Positions 63,010 to 64,000 of a stretch of DNA of 64,000 nucleotides are shown here, piece after piece. Location: the IMG/VR virus record IMGVR_UViG_3300014638_000001; one strand, 5' to 3'. The notes below the pieces were generated by a model that searched no databases, had not been told where the DNA came from, and saw nothing but the letters and a program-made list of their open reading frames with translations. Every line of letters starts with the position of its first letter. Positions within the stretch are counted from its first letter, which is position 1. The DNA comes from a virus. The position numbers and the translations under genes were made by a program.

Positions 63010-63417
63010 TTATTGGTCCTCCAAAACAATTCTGGTTTCCCATTCGTCCACGGTGAGCATTGCGGGATAGATAGTAATCGTGTGGTTGCAACTCGAGATA
63101 CTGTCGTTTTCCAACACGCCATAGCGCACGAGTAAGTCCAAGACCGTTGAGACGATATTGTCGCGGTCGACGTTGACGCGCGCGACTTTAAAATAGAACT
63201 CTATTTTCGGGTGCCTCAGCTTCAAATCGCGCATGTCGCCGGGGATCTGAAGGCCAGCCCGATCCATGGCATCCTTCACCGCAGATTTGGTGCGGATGCC
63301 CATGTACGTGGAACCAGCGACGCCTTTCTTGGTGTCTTTCTTCCGCTTGCGTAGTGTCGCCACTTTCTCATTTTTGTGGCTTGGCAGTTCGCCGAAAAGT
63401 GTGAGTTCGTATTTCAT
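63010..63417 (-). CDS. RusA-like Holliday junction resolvase
   Basis: LPSHKN..DRDNIVSTVLDLLV..GVLENDS. Confidence 0.75.
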   Translation of the reverse strand: MKYELTLFGELPSHKNEKVATLRKRKKDTKKGVAGSTYMGIRTKSAVKDAMDRAGLQIPGDMRDLKLRHPKIEFYFKVARVNVDRDNIVSTVLDLLVRYGVLENDSISSCNHTITIYPAMLTVDEWETRIVLEDQ

Positions 63418-63626
63418 TTGGTTGACCTGTATGGGATCACTCGAAGAGGCCCAGCACCATCAAAAATGCTACGGCATGTGAAGCATATGTGCAGCAAAGG
63501 CTGGGCACCCGGCCCCTGCACTGGCCCCTTCTCGAAATCTTGCGCGAAATACGTATCTGGGCCAAGGTTGTAGGTCATCGATCCGCACTTGGCGCATGGG
63601 AAGTACTCCTGCAGCACGTACTTCAT
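63414..63626 (-). CDS. small zinc-finger protein, 70 aa
   Basis: CAKCGS..HICFTC; ATGA overlap. Confidence 0.6.
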   Translation of the reverse strand: MKYVLQEYFPCAKCGSMTYNLGPDTYFAQDFEKGPVQGPGAQPLLHICFTCRSIFDGAGPLRVIPYRSTK

Positions 63627-63985
63627 AGCCGGTTTTCGCGATGACGTTTGCGGTGGCAAGCCCCGCAAAGTCCATCGAGGTTGCCCCGATCACGGCGGCC
63701 GCGCGCCCGCGGGATCCGGTGATGACGCTCCATTTGGGCGCGTGCCACCGTGCGCCCGCAATCCAGGCAGCGGCCACCCTGCTCGGCGTAAACTTTGTCC
63801 CCCTCAATGTCGTAGAGCTTCTCGATCAACATCTTCAAAGCCACCTTCTCGCCTTCTGCGCTTTCGGTTTTGGCAAGCACCTTCCCTTCGTCATCGTAGG
63901 CGGCGAATTCAGCGACTTTCACTCCTATATGGGAGAGCCGGTTGATCGTGTATCCGCAGATCTTCTCAGCTTGAGCTATCGTCAT
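63623..63985 (-). CDS. small HNH endonuclease
   Basis: GGRCLDCG..MERHHRIPRARG..NLDGLCGACHRKRH. Confidence 0.85.
   Translation of the reverse strand: MTIAQAEKICGYTINRLSHIGVKVAEFAAYDDEGKVLAKTESAEGEKVALKMLIEKLYDIEGDKVYAEQGGRCLDCGRTVARAQMERHHRIPRARGRRDRGNLDGLCGACHRKRHRENRL
63920..63937. repeat. 18-bp palindrome, copy 10 (16/18), intragenic on the minus strand (LSHIGV)
   Basis: CACTCCTATATgGGAGaG. Confidence 0.8.
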
Positions 63986-64000
63986 TGTATTTCATGGGTT

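Noticed and set aside
1212-63937. 18-bp palindrome as a CRISPR repeat or terminator
   Set aside because: Copies are kilobases apart with no spacers or cas genes, lack U-tracts, and occur inside ORFs.
1-64000. Stop-codon reassignment, integrase/att site, DGR
   Set aside because: Genes are intact and tightly coupled under code 11 with all three stops used. No integrase, reverse transcriptase or TR/VR pair is seen in this window.

Overview
A 64-kb segment of a large, GC-rich tailed-phage genome with a podovirus-type (P22/SU10-like) virion module. The host is inferred, not shown, to be an Acidobacteria-like soil bacterium. Left end: an array of 17 intact tRNAs, many with non-canonical invariant positions, plus a tRNA with an 82-nt D-loop insertion, a tRNA half-gene, an HNH gene and two candidate large structured ncRNAs. 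Middle: terminase large subunit with an Ala1 intein, portal, scaffold, major capsid, glycosyltransferase/methyltransferase genes, three adaptor paralogs, nozzle, tail fibre/receptor genes (one 6.3-kb block on the opposite strand), GNAT and ejection proteins. Right end: an oppositely oriented block (SleB-type hydrolase, RusA-like, HNH). Most notable unexplained features: (1) a 1,060-bp transposase-less cassette with perfect 24-bp terminal inverted repeats and an 8-bp target duplication, carrying a long-variable-arm tRNA-like gene with a UUU anticodon, a 33-aa hydrophobic peptide and a membrane protein; (2) the 18-bp palindrome CACTCCTATATAGGAGTG in 10 copies about every 4-11 kb, four of them inside genes; (3) a ~500-nt and a ~260-nt highly structured RNA in the tRNA array; (4) a TTGAC(A/C)GAAAT promoter class with a 12-bp spacer; (5) a candidate CUU-UAG +1 frameshift. 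All product calls come from motif recognition by eye. No searches or folding programs were run.
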